From Azolla caroliniana (taxonomy: Eukaryota > Plantae > Polypodiophyta), in NCBI GenBank assembly GCA_043228905.1, contig JBHGNT010000018.1:15996001-16060000 (forward strand): DNA of 64,000 bases, written 5' to 3'. The notes beneath the pieces were generated by a model. The model saw nothing but the letters and a program-made list of their open reading frames with translations, searched no databases and was not told the DNA's origin. This document shows positions 24,605 through 37,818 of this stretch, in pieces (position 1 is the stretch's first letter; each line of letters opens with the position of its first letter). The position numbers and the translations under genes were made by a program.

Positions 24605-25965
24605 ATATTATTATCATATTCGGAGGTCAAATATGACCTATGGGACCAAAATATTATGTTTCACATAATACATGTGACAATGAGTAGCGAAGATGTGTGG
24701 AAAGCATAGTCGAATGTGATCAAAGGTAGAGAGAGAGATATATATTATTATCGTATTCGGAGGTCAAATATGACCTATGAGACCAAAAATATTATGTTTC
24801 ACATAATACATGTGACAGTGAGTAGCGAAGATGTGTGGAAAGCATAGTTGAATGTGATCAAAGGTAGAGCATATCGAAGTGTGATAGTCAGACTCCTAAA
24901 ATTGTTTTAGGCAAATAAAATGTGTATAATCGACCACTCTCATCACTTGTGCCCCAATGTCCCATCTCACATTGTAGTGTATGACAGCTAATATTCGCAT
25001 GGAAGCGATGATTCAGATAACAAACAATGGGATGAGATCTAACATGTATTGATGTGCACGTTTTCCTTGTTTGGTGAAGAATATGATTTTGTAGTTTGGT
25101 GCAATGTATGTAGTATATGTTAGAAAAAAACAAATCGTTCGGCTGAAGATATGCAAAAAACACACCGTTAGAACAGAAAAACAGCGGATGGACAAATACA
25201 TAGTGTACAACGTTTTACATGGAAACCCTAAATGGGGAAACCACGAGAACAGAGATTCCACTATACACAAGAGAGTACAGAAACCGGTTACAATCTTCTC
25301 TGATACACTCAGAGGATAACCTACTTAAGGTTCTTAGCAAGTTTGCTGAACTTTGTTGTTGCTGCTACTCTCTCGCTCACACCCTCTCTCTTCATTGTCG
25401 CGCTATGCAACAACGACTACAACTATTCTGTTCTACTCTCACTTACATTTCTGTGTTTGCCCTAAGTGTATTTATACTTATACACTCGAAGGCTATTTAC
25501 AAATGTGGCCACTGCTATTGTCATTCCTATTATAACAATAATAGTTAATCAGTTGACTGGTCAACTAGTCGACTCCAGTGTCGACTATCCAATTGGTTCG
25601 ACTAGTCGGCCTTATCTTCGACTTGGACTCTCCTATTGTCGACTCCCTCAGTCCACTCTCCATTTCATCGACTGTTGGCACTCGGCTTGACCAGTCGGCT
25701 GCACCCATAGGATGGACATATTCCTAACAATATAATGTGTGAAGCACGAACTTCCACAATTTTCCCATATCACGATACATTGGCATTGCAAAAAGCCTCA
25801 TTTATAGAGGACTCTAATAGTGCATGATGAAGCAATTGTGTTGCACCCATATTCCAAACCACTTTTTCATATCTTGCATCCAATCGGAACACAAATTTTG
25901 CTTTTATATGTCTTTTGGATCTTTTTGCTTGCATCCCATGTGATTCTTGGAAGACTGGATAGTCA
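24605..25965 (-). mobile_element. 5'-truncated non-LTR retrotransposon (LINE) 3' end, possibly RTE-X-like, split by a solo LTR
   Basis: Minus-strand translation gives LPRITWDAS...WMQDMKKWFGIW, then HTLQCEMGHW...ESDYHTSICSTFDHI. This resembles the degenerate LINE C-terminal H-L-xE-GRW...E-E-H-C zinc-finger region. It ends in an AGGTCA-N4-TGACCT hairpin and a TAA/TA/TC tail. Confidence 0.6.
25118..25729 (-). mobile_element. Solo LTR related to the Tnt1-like Copia family
   Basis: Ends are TGTTAG...TTCCTAACA, with flanks GTATA/ATATA. The internal TTTACATGGAAACCCTAAATGGGGAAACCACG matches the family LTR block at about 57970. Confidence 0.78.
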
Positions 25966-25969
25966 AAGT

Positions 25970-28900
25970 AGTGTTTGGCTCCAAAAGAGACTATGAAAGA
26001 CTTGGTCGACCTGGATACAGGGAGGTAGATCCAAATGAAATTCTATGTCATTTGGTGTTCGATGAAATGAAAAATGGGTCCAATAATTGTTAATCTAGTT
26101 TATCACATGGTCTGGTCGTTTTCAAGTGACGATGTAATAGCCATACTCAATCTCCAACATGAAATGTTGTTAGAAGATGACAACAATCCACAATTATCTT
26201 ATGTCTTTGTTGTGTATCTTGAGTTGAAGCTTCAACTTGAATCTGTTGTAGTTGAAACTTTAGAATTTGTAGAGACTACAAGCATTTCAAGTAATTTCAT
26301 TGAGGGTGATATACAATATATGTGAAGAATGGGGTAACCTTAGTAGGGGAACATATTGAATTTTTGTAGGCAAATTCTAAAAAATGTGGAAAATCAACCT
26401 AGTCATCTTGTTGATAGTTGATGAAACATCGCAAGTACTACTCTAAGGTTTGATTTGTTTGTTTTGATTGCCCATTGGTTTGTAGATAATAGCTAGAGGT
26501 GACTTTGGAAGAGATTTTTAACATTAAAAGTAGATGTTTCCAAAGTCTTGGATGCAATATGAGGCCCACAATCACTAAAAATGTCACTAGGAATGCCATG
26601 ATGTCATAAATACATCTTGCATAACTAAGTAACTTAGTTCTTTCCTCTCTATTGATACTCTTGGTGCATGGAAAAAAATGTGCCATCTTAATAAATCGAT
26701 CTAGAGATGTGAGGATAGTATCAAAAACCTAAGTTAGAAATTGGATGATGTGTAATGAGATCTAAGGAAATTGATTTCCATAGCCCTTTTGGAATCAGTA
26801 ATGGATACAATAATCCATAAGGATAATGTGATGTGTCTTTGCTCGACAACATGTATAAGATGTATGAACATAATCTTTAACTAAAGCACGAAGTTGGGGC
26901 CACCAAAAACATCACAAAATCAAATCTAATGTCTTGTGGATTCTGAAATCTCTAGCTATGTATGTATCTTGACAATGCTCCAACACTTGGAGGCGAAAAT
27001 CTCCGATTGGGACAAATTGAAAATACTTTGAAAAAGCAATCCATTATGCCATTTGACTGTACTATAATCCATATCAAAATGTTGATTCTTAGAACAAGAA
27101 GCACAACTTGGATCAACATGATTTAAAATGAATGTATCCGTATGGAAATCACAATGAATCATCTAAAAAATGCTTGAATATATGGGTGTCTTGAAGACAC
27201 TGTCTTCAACATTGTAGTTGCTTGTAGACATGTAGGACCCCAAATAATTTTCTTTTGATGATCAAAAGTAGGTTCTCCCATACACAATGCAAGCGAAGAG
27301 CATTGAGAAAAAGCATATGTTTTCATTTGTTGCAAGCCAGGTCCATATGTAATTTGAAATGAATTCTACCTTATTATTCTTGAAGCTAAACATCTCTAAT
27401 TTGCCGTAGAGTTCATATTCCTGCAATCAATGTAACACCTACTAGACATGGATGTCGTGCTCCAATTATGTTTTGGAATATATCAAGATGTCACCTCGAT
27501 AGATGATCAAGAAAATATGTAGAAAGTCTTGAAGGATGTCATTTGCCATATGCTGAAATAATACAGTGTCGTAAAGATCACGATCGTGTGTCACAACCAT
27601 TGAGGTTTTGTGACTCAGGGGAAATCAGTATGACAAGGTGTAATCGTGGATGGTGCGATGGCAAGGAGACGAGATAGATGTGAAGTTGTCAAGAAAAGAA
27701 AATTAATTGATTTAGAAACACTTACAAGATTCATTTGCCAAAAACTTCTTTGGCAAAACTTGAACTTGCATCACCTCTTTGGGAGAAGGGCTTCCTTTGT
27801 ATATTTACAACTTTTTTCTAACAAAATGTGTTTACTAAAATGAAATACTTTTGCAAAACTCGAACTTGCGACCTCTCCTTGGGAAGGAGTGTTTGAGGTA
27901 AAGAAGTATGTTGGTGTGTTTTTTTAAATTGTAAATCTCAATTATAAAATTACACCTTTCAACAAATTATAAAATCAACCTTATTTTATCTCAGCCTCCC
28001 GCTCTGCGATAATTACATTTTTATCCCTAACAATCTTGAACATAACACTATCCTTCCAGAGACTGTATCTTGGGCTTCTGATGTCCGATTCATGAAATGT
28101 AAAATCCGACACGCTCCTAGTTGCAAGCTCCAAATGGTGAATATCTTTCTAGCTTTTTGAATTTGTTTCAATATCGTGAAGACTCAGATTCACGGACGGT
28201 GCATATGTGAAACCAAATAACATGATTGTGTTAGAAGTGACCATATTGAGTGCAAAAAACTTAGATTATATGCTCTATGTAGATAAGTTCTTGTGAAGAA
28301 TTTAACTCCACAAAGACGTTCTAGGAGTCTAGAGATCAAAGGTAAAACATATCTATAATTTTCAAATGGTTACCTTATTCAAACCTTGATAATCCATGAC
28401 CAGTCGGAGAGAGTCATCCTTTTCTCTTCGTGCCCATAATGGGGATTTGGAATATCGAATGAACTTGTCCACCAAATTCTCGTCCATGTAAGCTCGAAGA
28501 AATTCAAGTTCCAATGGTGACAAGTTGCAAGTCAATAGAACAATAATAAGGTTGATGTTGAAGGAGTGTATTGACTTTCACTTTATCAAAGAGATATGCA
28601 AATTCTTGATACTTAGAAGGAAGTTGAGCTTCTGAATTTTGAGCACTCTTCAAAGGTTATGTTATGACGACAAAGAAAAACATTGGTTGCTTTTGTCCTT
28701 GCATATTTCTTGCAGTGAAATGGTTGAAATTTTACATCAGTAATATACTTGATGAGTCATGTTTGCCACTCAATTCTTGGTATTGAAGCTCAAATTAAGG
28801 TAAACCTAGAAGAATTGAGTGTTCTAGACTATTAATTATGTTGAAGGATATACCACATGTCAAATTACTCAAAACAACCCGTACAAGCTTAGATTCTTTA

Positions 28901-30100
28901 ATTTATTCTTGGAAGCAATATGTTGTCTGTCAATGACCACTACAGATTAAACCTTGATTGAGTGAAATGTAATACTTTTCATCTAGCGAAACAAGAACTA
29001 ATGCCCCGATTACGCGAGTAAGACATGATTTTTTCCATTAAATTGCTTTTCCAATAGCTCAAGAGATACCTTGGGGATCTGAAAAAAGGAATCATTAATA
29101 TATATTTGTACATCCATGTTCTAATAGATTGAAAACTGTGAATGTGTGAAGGGAATCTGTATAATTTGTCATCTAGGTTGATCGAAGGGTGCAAAAATAG
29201 CTTAAACCCGATGTATGAAATATGGTTCAATATCCTTAGATGTATCTTATGCTTATATTGACTAAGCAAGAGCATAAATATTCACCCATTATGGGATTCT
29301 AGGCATCAAGGTATGTATTATGTATTCCAAACAAGTTTCAAAGGACAAGAAGGGGTTCAATTCGGATGTTATATCTAAAATGTACAAAGTTTTGGAAATG
29401 TTAAAAGGTCAAATTTAAAGGTTGTAGAATGGATGATACATGACCTTGTTTAAGAAACTATGGCATTAAAAAACTTTTTGATGGGTCTTATTCTATATTC
29501 AACCATTGACCCAACGAGTCACACTACACGTGGACATTTCTGGACAAATGGTTGAATATGGGTAAGAATCTTCGCATATTCCCATTACCTATACGCCTAG
29601 AGAAGTGAGAATGGGAAAGGGAAAGGGAAACCCTTTATGTTGGATGGCTCGTGTGGTGATAGGATAGATCTTGTCCGAAACGGATGGTGTGTGTTTGTTA
29701 AATGTTTGAGAAGCTGCAACATTAATAATGCATAGACCATATGTGTTAACCAAGTTTGTTCAATGGTTGTAATTACAGTGTAAGGAGAAGAATTATCCGT
29801 AGGAATGATTCGCTTCGTGAAGGAAGTGGCTACCCAGGCAAGAAAGTCTATTAAGTATCAGTCTTATCATGTTGGAGACTTCAAGTTACCCATGGATATT
29901 TGGTTTTGTGCCTATAGGCTTTCTCTAGTGGTTTTTGACTATCTATTCAATCCATCCTCTCAAGTTCAATTCCCCAATGGTCCCGATCATGTTGCACATG
30001 TACATGTGTAACTTCGCAACAATGTTTGCACCCAAAAATTGATCTTCAACTTGGCATGGTTGAGCATTTATGTCTCTTTCCTAGATTGCCTAGCTCATTT
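25970..30100 (-). mobile_element. Highly degenerate chromovirus-like Gypsy (gag-PR-RT-RNaseH-INT)
   Basis: Minus strand gives NLSPLELEFLRAYMDENL (about 28500), FQHMANDILQDFLHIFLIIY.GDILIYSK (about 27500), MAHFFPC...QTNGQSKQTNQTLE (26438-26686) and LDLPP..QV.QVFH.SLLEP (about 26000). No chromodomain is visible. Confidence 0.75.
27567..28195. mobile_element. LTR-like insertion interrupting the chromovirus RT
   Basis: Starts TGTCGTAAAGA, the same terminus type as the 36678 family. RT sequence flanks it on both sides. The right end is eroded. Confidence 0.55.
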
Positions 30101-30249
30101 GTTCATCTATTTTGTTCTACATAAGGTGTAAGGAAACATTAATTGATGATGAAGCCCTTTCTTGATAGATACCTAGAGAAGGCATTGGAGGCATATTCAC
30201 CTCTTCTTCATCCATCGATATGATCGAGTAAGCCCATGTATTCCGTATT

Positions 30250-30540
30250 TCGTGTAACATTATCAACGAAAGTGATGAAGTATCCCGTGCCTCTTAGACA
30301 TATCTCAAGCATTGAAATGGTAGATGTTAGTGTGGATCAACTCTAGGGGTTGATGTGCCATCTCATAATGGGTCAATGTGTGGATTCTCGGTCATCTTCC
30401 CATAGAAGTAATGTTTGTTGCCAATATATGTTGAAAAGTTTGTAGGTAGCCAAGATATGTCAACTGTTTCAATTCGCTTTGCAACATATCACATAGATGT
30501 TGTCATGCCGCCTTTGGTGCATAGTATGGAAACATGGATT
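30250..30540 (-). pseudogene. Eroded Copia integrase fragment
   Basis: Minus strand gives PLELIHT and GYFITFVD motifs. Confidence 0.5.
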
Positions 30541-30959
30541 CTCACCTATCAAATGCTACTCTACAATATATGTATATGAAAATATGTATGAGGGGGTTTT
30601 GAACCTCCAAACTTTACTATAACAACATACATGTCTACTACAAGGGTAGTATTAGTAAAATACTAACCAATAAGATGTTATTACAATATTAAAGCACACA
30701 GATTCTCAACCATGATTTTTGCAACACAATTATTAAGCCCGTGGTTTAGAAAGACCATGGTTTTGCATGTGAATAGTTGATGGTTTTCCATATAGAGAAA
30801 CTATGAACCTACATTCCATTGATGGAGGGACGAGGCACTATATAAACATGTCATTTAAATGTGATTGAATGTTAGATTTTAGGATAAAACATAACTGAAC
30901 ATTAAAAATTATTATATAATCACAATTCTTGTCTAATCTTTTTATCTTTTTTCTCTTTG

Positions 30960-33900
30960 ATCATAGTTCTTATCCAGTGGTACACCAATAGGTTTGCAAC
31001 CAAGCATTCATACTTCTTCAGCACAATTGTTACATACTGTTTTTGCAACATATATATACCACTTTCATATCTGATTATCTCAATACCAAGAAAGTATTTC
31101 AGCTCCCCCAGATCCTTCATATGAAATTGCATTTCCAGATTTTTCTTTAGCTTGCTTATTTCATCCATAGAATCACCTCCAATGATTAAATCAACGACAT
31201 AAATCAAAATCACAACAATGCAGTCATTCACAATCTTTACATACAATGATGGACCAACATTTGACATTTTGAAAGCAATTTTTTTCAGAGATTCTGAAAG
31301 TTCCTTGTGCCATGCTCTCGATGCTTGTTTCAGTCCATAGAGAGCCTTTTTTAGCTTACAAACATATTCTGGATACTTCTTATCTTCAAAACCTGTTGGT
31401 TGACACATGTATACTTCCTCCTCTAAGTTACCATGTAAAAAAGCATTTTTTACATCCATATGGTGTAGAACCCATCTTTTGGCTACACTTACAACAAGTA
31501 GTGTCTTCAAGGTTGCCATTTTTGCAACTGGTGCAAATGTCTCATCATAATCAATTTCTTGCATTTGGGCATATCCCTTTGCAACAAGTCTTGCTTTATG
31601 TCTAATTACATTCCCATTGGAATCATGCTTTGTTTTGTAGACCCATTTGCAACCTAGCACATTTTTTCCTTTTGGCAATTTTACCAAATCCCATGTTTTG
31701 TTTTCAGCCAATGCATCCATTCTTCTTGCATTGCATTCACCCGTTTCTTCTCAGCTTTTGCTTCATGAAAACTATATGGATCAAGGGTTTGTACCACTTT
31801 AGACATATAGCATAATGCATAGCTATGTATGTATCATAACCAAATCTTTCAACAATTTTTCTCTCTCTTTTTGATATTCTTAGTTTCTAATTTGCATCTT
31901 TCATTGCTCTTTCAACATTAGGGATTTTCATGGCTTGTGTACCCAGCTCATCATCCAATGATACATTTGAATCTACATCTTCCATGTTTCTAGATCCTTC
32001 ATCAAACATTTCATATTCTGGCATATTTTGTTTTCCCTTTTTATCATCATATTTTTTCTCTTACATTTTTTCCACTCCAAGAATTAGATCCAGATTTACT
32101 ACCTGAGTTTTCAGATGGTCCAATACATGCTATCACTGTTGGACTTAGTTGTCCAGCCTTATTTCCATTTCCATGGCAATCACTTTCATTTTTAGATTTG
32201 TTTCTATCTTCATTTTCATTGTCTTCATTAGTTTCTGCATTCTGTTTTGGGTTGTACCAACTGCCCAACTCATCAAATATCACATCATGGCTTACTACAA
32301 ATTTTTTGGTCAAAGGGTTATAACATCTATACCCATTTTGGTCCTCTGAATATCCCACAAAAACACATTTTTCAGCTTTTGCATCAAGCTTACTCCTAAC
32401 TTCAGCAGGTACATGAACATAAGCAATGCATCCAAACACTTTTAAGTTTCCTAAACTAGGTTTCCTACCATAGGAACATTCTTTAGGAATTCCTACATGT
32501 ACTCCATATGTTAAGCATCTATTTAGAATATAGTTTGTTGTATTTACAACCTCAGCCCAGTAAGACAATGGCATTTTTTTTTTAGTCATCAAAGCTCTTG
32601 CTATGTTTACCAAAGTTCTGTTTTTCCTCTCAACCACTCCATTTTGCTGTGAATTGTCTCCTTGTTCCTTGATTACATAGAAAATCAGAAAATTCATTTG
32701 AGAAGTATTCTCCTCCTCCATCAGACCTTAAGCATTTTATTCTAGTCCCGACTTTCTTTTCTGCCATGCATTGGAACTTACGAAAGGAATCAAATGCTTC
32801 ACTCTTCTCTTTCATGAAGTAAACACATGTTTTCCTTGAGCAATCATCAATGAATGTTACATAAAACTTGTAGCCACCAATTGAAACATTTATTGTAGGT
32901 CCCCATACATATGTATGTACCAAATCCAACAAGGTTTTGCTTATATGTCCTTCATGAGGGAGAGACAGCCTATTTTGCTTTCCATATTAACATGCTTCAC
33001 ATATTTTGCTTTTTAGGCATATCCACATCTAAAACAAACATTCTTCCGTGGCGTTTTCCTTTTGCAATAAGCTTTCCATGTTTCTCTATAAAGTACCCAC
33101 TTTGTTTAAACTTTACTTGCATTCCTTGCTCTACTATTTGTCCAATAGAAATCAGATTTTTTGCAAGGTTTGGAACATGCATAACATTCAACATATACTT
33201 TGTTTTTCCCTTTTCTTCCCACAATGGAATATCTCCAACATGCTCGATTGTATGAGGAGTGTTATCACCTATCTGTACATAACCAGGGATCTCTGGTTCT
33301 CTTAGACTTTCAAACCAATTTGCATGTCCAGTCATATGATTAGATGCCCCAGAATCTACATACCACATATAATCTTCGTTACATCTCTGTGAACTTTCAA
33401 ACATTGTTGTTGTCTTGTGTTGCATCACAAAAGCACCCTCTTTGACACCGTTTTCACTAGTTGAAGCATAGTTATTTTTTTGTCTCTTCCCTCTTTTTTC
33501 ATCATTTTGCTTTTTATAACATTTAGCCTGTGTATGACCTAGTTTTCCACAATACCAACAACCATCATCACTCAAAAAAGTTTGCTTACCCCTGCCTCGA
33601 TTGCTCCCCCTACCTCTGATGTTATTTCTTCCACTTATTGCTTGTTGTCCTCTTCCTTGATAATTATTCTTGGTTCTGGTTGAACCATGTCTACCATGGC
33701 TTCTTCCTCGACCTCTTCCAACATTATTGTAGAGAGCTTGCCCCTTAGTTTCATAGTTCCCTTTGTTTATATCTTCAATCTTATTTCTTTCTTCCACCAC
33801 AAGCATTGAAACCAGATCTGCAAAACTTGGGATACTATCCCTTGTGAGGATGGATGTTTTGAAGCTTTTATATTGAGGTCCTAGGCCTCTTAAGCATACA

Positions 33901-34506
33901 TCTACTTTATCATCATCTTCTACCTTCACATTAATAGAAGCAAGTGATTCACATATGGTCTTTATTTTCAGAGTATACTCATTGATTGACATTTTACCTT
34001 TTTCCAAGGTATTTAGTTTAGTCTTCAATTGAAGTTTTCTTGCATACGTGTTTATTGCAAACAATTTCACCAAACTGTCCCAAGCTTATTTTGGAAGCAG
34101 AGCATCTTGTATATGTCCAAGCATCAAATCTAAGATGATAATTGACAACCAATGCAATACTTTTCTTGCCCCTTGATTCCAATCCTTAAATGCTTTGATC
34201 TGTGCAGTAGTTGCATTTTCTTCAGGGATCTCTAGAGCCTCTTCTAGGTCTCCTTCAATGTAATCCCAATATCCTTTTCCCATCAGGAAATTTGTCATTC
34301 TGAATTTCCACGTAGGGAAATTGTTTTTATCCAGTTTTTTTGTGACTATTTGGCATCCATTTTCAGCAACCATCTCTCTTCCAATTCAGGACTTTTGCTG
34401 TGATTAGCTTCAACAAGCAACTCTCTGATTCAGATCAACAACCAACGAAATCTTCTCAAATGTGTACAATCTATTCTTCTTTACGAGCAACTATGCTTTG
34501 ATACCA
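30960..34506 (-). mobile_element. AT-rich Copia family D (gag-PR-INT-RT), 3'-truncated
   Basis: ORFs 34086-34373, 32997-34073 (CWYCGKLGH, WYVDSGASNHM), 32630-32932, 32047-32721 and 30920-31720 ([10 protein letters not shown]). PBS TGGTATCAAAGC at 34495-34506. Confidence 0.92.
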
Positions 34507-34744
34507 TGTTACAAAGGCGTTATGGTTCTTCTTAGTGCACAACGAATCGTGATGTGCAGGATCATTTAGGTTTCAAAGGAAGCGAGAAAGGGGGGAAGAG
34601 GAGACTCACCTCTGTAGCAACCCAAAAATGTTCTGTTTCATTTCATTGAGAGAAAACGTCTCTCTCTGTCTTCTTACTTCTCTTCTTACTTCACTCTCCT
34701 TCTCACTCTTATTTTTTTACATAAGTGTATATGTGACTGACATA

Positions 34745-35947
34745 TTAAACTCTAGGAAGACTTGCATGAATGCGGTGATGTAGTCGTTGGAATGTGGCCG
34801 GTGCCATTTTTAACCCGAACATCATTACGACTGCCACGAAAACACCCCATTCTGTTATGAATGTTGTTTTATCTTGATCGTTAGGGTGCATATGAATCTG
34901 ATTGTAACCATTGAACCCATCTAAGAAACTATGTCGCTCGTGGCCCACTATGGCATCGAGCACACCATTCGTAAACGTGAGAGGAAATGTGTCGGTGATG
35001 GTCGCCGCGTTCAACTTCCTATAATTGACACAAACCCTTATTTTTCCAGTTTTCTTTGGAACAAACACAATGGGGCTCAACCACGTGGCACGTTTGACTG
35101 GTCGAATGAACCCCACCAGAGGAGCTTGTAGATTTCCTCTTTCACTTTTGCCGCATAATTGGGATTCATTCTGCAATGGTGTTGTTGTACGGGTCATGTG
35201 TCATGCTTCAAATGGATCTGGTGCTAGTAATATCGCGGGTCTAACCCTTTCATGTTGTTGTACGACCACGCAAAGACATCCTTATATTCTATGAGCAGAC
35301 CAACCAATGCCGAGCATTCATCGGGAGCCAGCTCCTTTGTGATTCTTAGTGTTCTTGGATATGTGGTGCTACCAACATCAATCTCTTCTAGTGTTGACGC
35401 CTTCACTCGTTGAGATATGGCTAGTTCCCGTTCGAGCGCTTTGCGTGCATGGCGTAATTGTCCGATTGATTTCGGATCGGGTGCTCGGTCTATATCTCAT
35501 TCTTCGCCCGCTGGTTCGAAAACATAAGGGCTAACGGCTATTACGATGTCGATATCGAACAACGAAACAATCCTCGAGTGATCCTTCAGGAAATGGTCCA
35601 CCTCCTCATCAACTAGTCCATCGAGCATGTGAACACCTTCTCTACCTTGGTTTTCCCGCACTAGAATGATATCATCTTGCGTTGCCGGTGTTTCTTAATG
35701 TTGATCGTGCATAACCAGTGACGGTCAAGCACCATCGGGTAGGCGCTAGGAGCATCCAGTCGTAACACCACCACCGAAATCATGAATGTGTGGCCTCCGA
35801 GGATGAAGTCAAGGTGTTGGATTAAACCCAAAGGCTTGTCGGATCGTGTATCCGCCATACGGAGCCAAAATGGGCATGGTTCCCATTGGGTAATGCCAAG
35901 AACTCAACAAGTAGCCTCGTTGTTGACATTGACCCCCGATCCACCAT
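34745..35947 (-). mobile_element. Tat/Athila-like Gypsy fragment (protease-RT)
   Basis: WLSPIVFVPKKTGKIRVCVNYRKLN, SFLDGFNGYNQI and EYKDVFAWSY. Cut at 35948 by a Copia LTR. Confidence 0.85.
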
Positions 35948-36677
35948 TGTTGAGAGACAAGCTCAACATTGGGTGCATAAACGGGTGCGTAACCCAATGC
36001 GTAGACTGGGTGCATAAAACCGTACACACAATATGGCTGTAGCGGTGTGTAAACCGAGAGGCCGTTAGAATGTTATTCCTCGTAAGGAATAATTTTGGGA
36101 GTAAGTGTAGGATGCTCATTTATGAGCGGTCAAGTACTGTAAACTTGTACTTGTGCCAACCCAATAGTCAGGGCTTGTATAAAAGGTGCTCACTGAGCAC
36201 GAAGTATGTACAGAGTGTTATCTTTTCTCGTACAGAATTGTCTTTCTACTCTCTCTCTGTATCTCCCTCTCCTTCTCTTTCATTTCTGTGTTTTACCGAA
36301 CTGTCGTATGTCCGAAGTGTGTACTCTATGTCTTTCGCATACGCTTCCGCACACGTATTCTTTTACATGGTATCAGAGCGCGAGGGTTGAGACTCCTCTG
36401 CAGCCAACAGAAAAGCTTGTGATAAAGACAAAGTTAAGTTATTGTTTTCGGAAAGGATAAGACAACAATATGGAGAGAGGAATGGGAAGCTCGCTACCGA
36501 CTGAGAAGCTCGACCGGAGCAACTATGCATCTTGGTCGTACAAGATGCACTAGTTCTTGCTTGGTCATGGTTACTGGAGTTATGATGAAGGAGCTCATTA
36601 TACAGCACCCGAATCGACACAAGGAGATTTTTCGGCTTGGGAACAAGCGGCAAGTAGAGTTCTTTACTACTTGGCGT

Positions 36678-37818
36678 TGTCGTGAAGATCTGTCACTACG
36701 CGCGAATCGTGAAGCAGAACCACTAGGGTTCTGGACCGGAAGGACTCAAAGTTTGCACTAGCTTTAGCGAGAAAGGAATTAAGATAGATTGAAAGAGAGA
36801 GAGAGAGAGATTGAGATAAAATAGAACACTTGACTTTAGATTGAGGGAGATTAAGATTGAATTCTTGACTTTAGATTTGAAGAACAAGATTGATACCTCA
36901 ATTGGATAACGAATTTCTTACTTTTAATTTCTTGATTAATACATCGCTCCCTTTGATCTTTTTCATCCACCCTTTTATAGATGCTCTCATGCATATGATG
37001 CATGTGAGGGTACAAGACATGCATACAATGCATGGAATGCATGTGATGCATGTTTGCCATTTGGCGCTCATGCATTACATGTGATGCATGATAACCATGT
37101 CACTCAATCAAGCTCTAATATGAGAATTTACATGTAAAAGTATAATGATAGGAAAACATTTCTAAGGAAATGGTATAGCCTAGTGGTAAGTTTATTGCCT
37201 CCTATCTTAAGGGTGCTAGGTTCAAGCCTTGTTGGCATCCCTTTTTATACAAACTTTTGCTAGGTTTTTTAGTCTAGATATTTTGTTCGTTTCACACCGA
37301 AATCGTCATGAACAACCTATCCGATCGATCCGTCTATCCGGTCCACTTTCGACCCGGTGATTTGGTCTATCCGTTTTGGTTCCGTCGTCGTCCGGTGCCG
37401 ATCTGGTTCTGGTTCTGGCTCCGTCCAAAACACTATTTTGAATAACTTGGCTGCATCCTTTCATCCAAGTTAGACAACCCAACCTTTTTGTGCTCCTAGC
37501 ACTTAGATGAAATATAAAGAGATATGGGTCTACTTATATACTCTTACATCCCGATGTTATCCTATCTATGTGGAATATCTCACAATTTTGTTTTTTCTCT
37601 TCTTCTTCTCAAAATTTACATTCACATAACTTGACACTAATTTGTCCATTTCACATGTAGTAAAATGTATTCGGAAGCTCTTGAAGACATCAATCTTTTC
37701 GAACCAAGATATAAAATAATATCTTTATTATTATTGTTCCATATTGTATGTGAAGAACCACACTCGATTTTGTACATTCCATGCAATTTTAACACTATGA
37801 GCGAAAATCTTTACGACA
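36678..37818 (-). repeat. Gypsy 3' LTR
   Basis: TGTCGTGAAGA...TCTTTACGACA, a direct repeat of 41795-42896. Confidence 0.93.
37169..37246 (+). ncRNA. tRNA-like Pol III (A-box/B-box) module inside the Gypsy LTR
   Basis: TAGCCTAGTGG (37176-37186) and GGTTCAAGCC (37219-37228), followed by TTTTT (37242-37246). Confidence 0.5.

Noticed and set aside
25740-25965. Chromodomain following the chromovirus integrase
   Set aside because: The translation fits a LINE C-terminal region that continues across the solo LTR, and no convincing YLVKW...WEP motif is present.
30586-30650. tRNA-like T-arm (GGAGGTTCAAAACCCCC) on the minus strand
   Set aside because: The A-box and other arms are too eroded to call a tRNA or SINE.
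34507-34744. 5' LTR of Copia family D
   Set aside because: It starts with TG next to the PBS, but has no partner copy or clear far end and looks more like a Tat-type LTR piece, so it is left unassigned.
37169-37246. Functional tRNA gene
   Set aside because: The acceptor stem is imperfect and the anticodon loop is non-canonical and differs between the two copies. It is kept only as a tRNA-like module.
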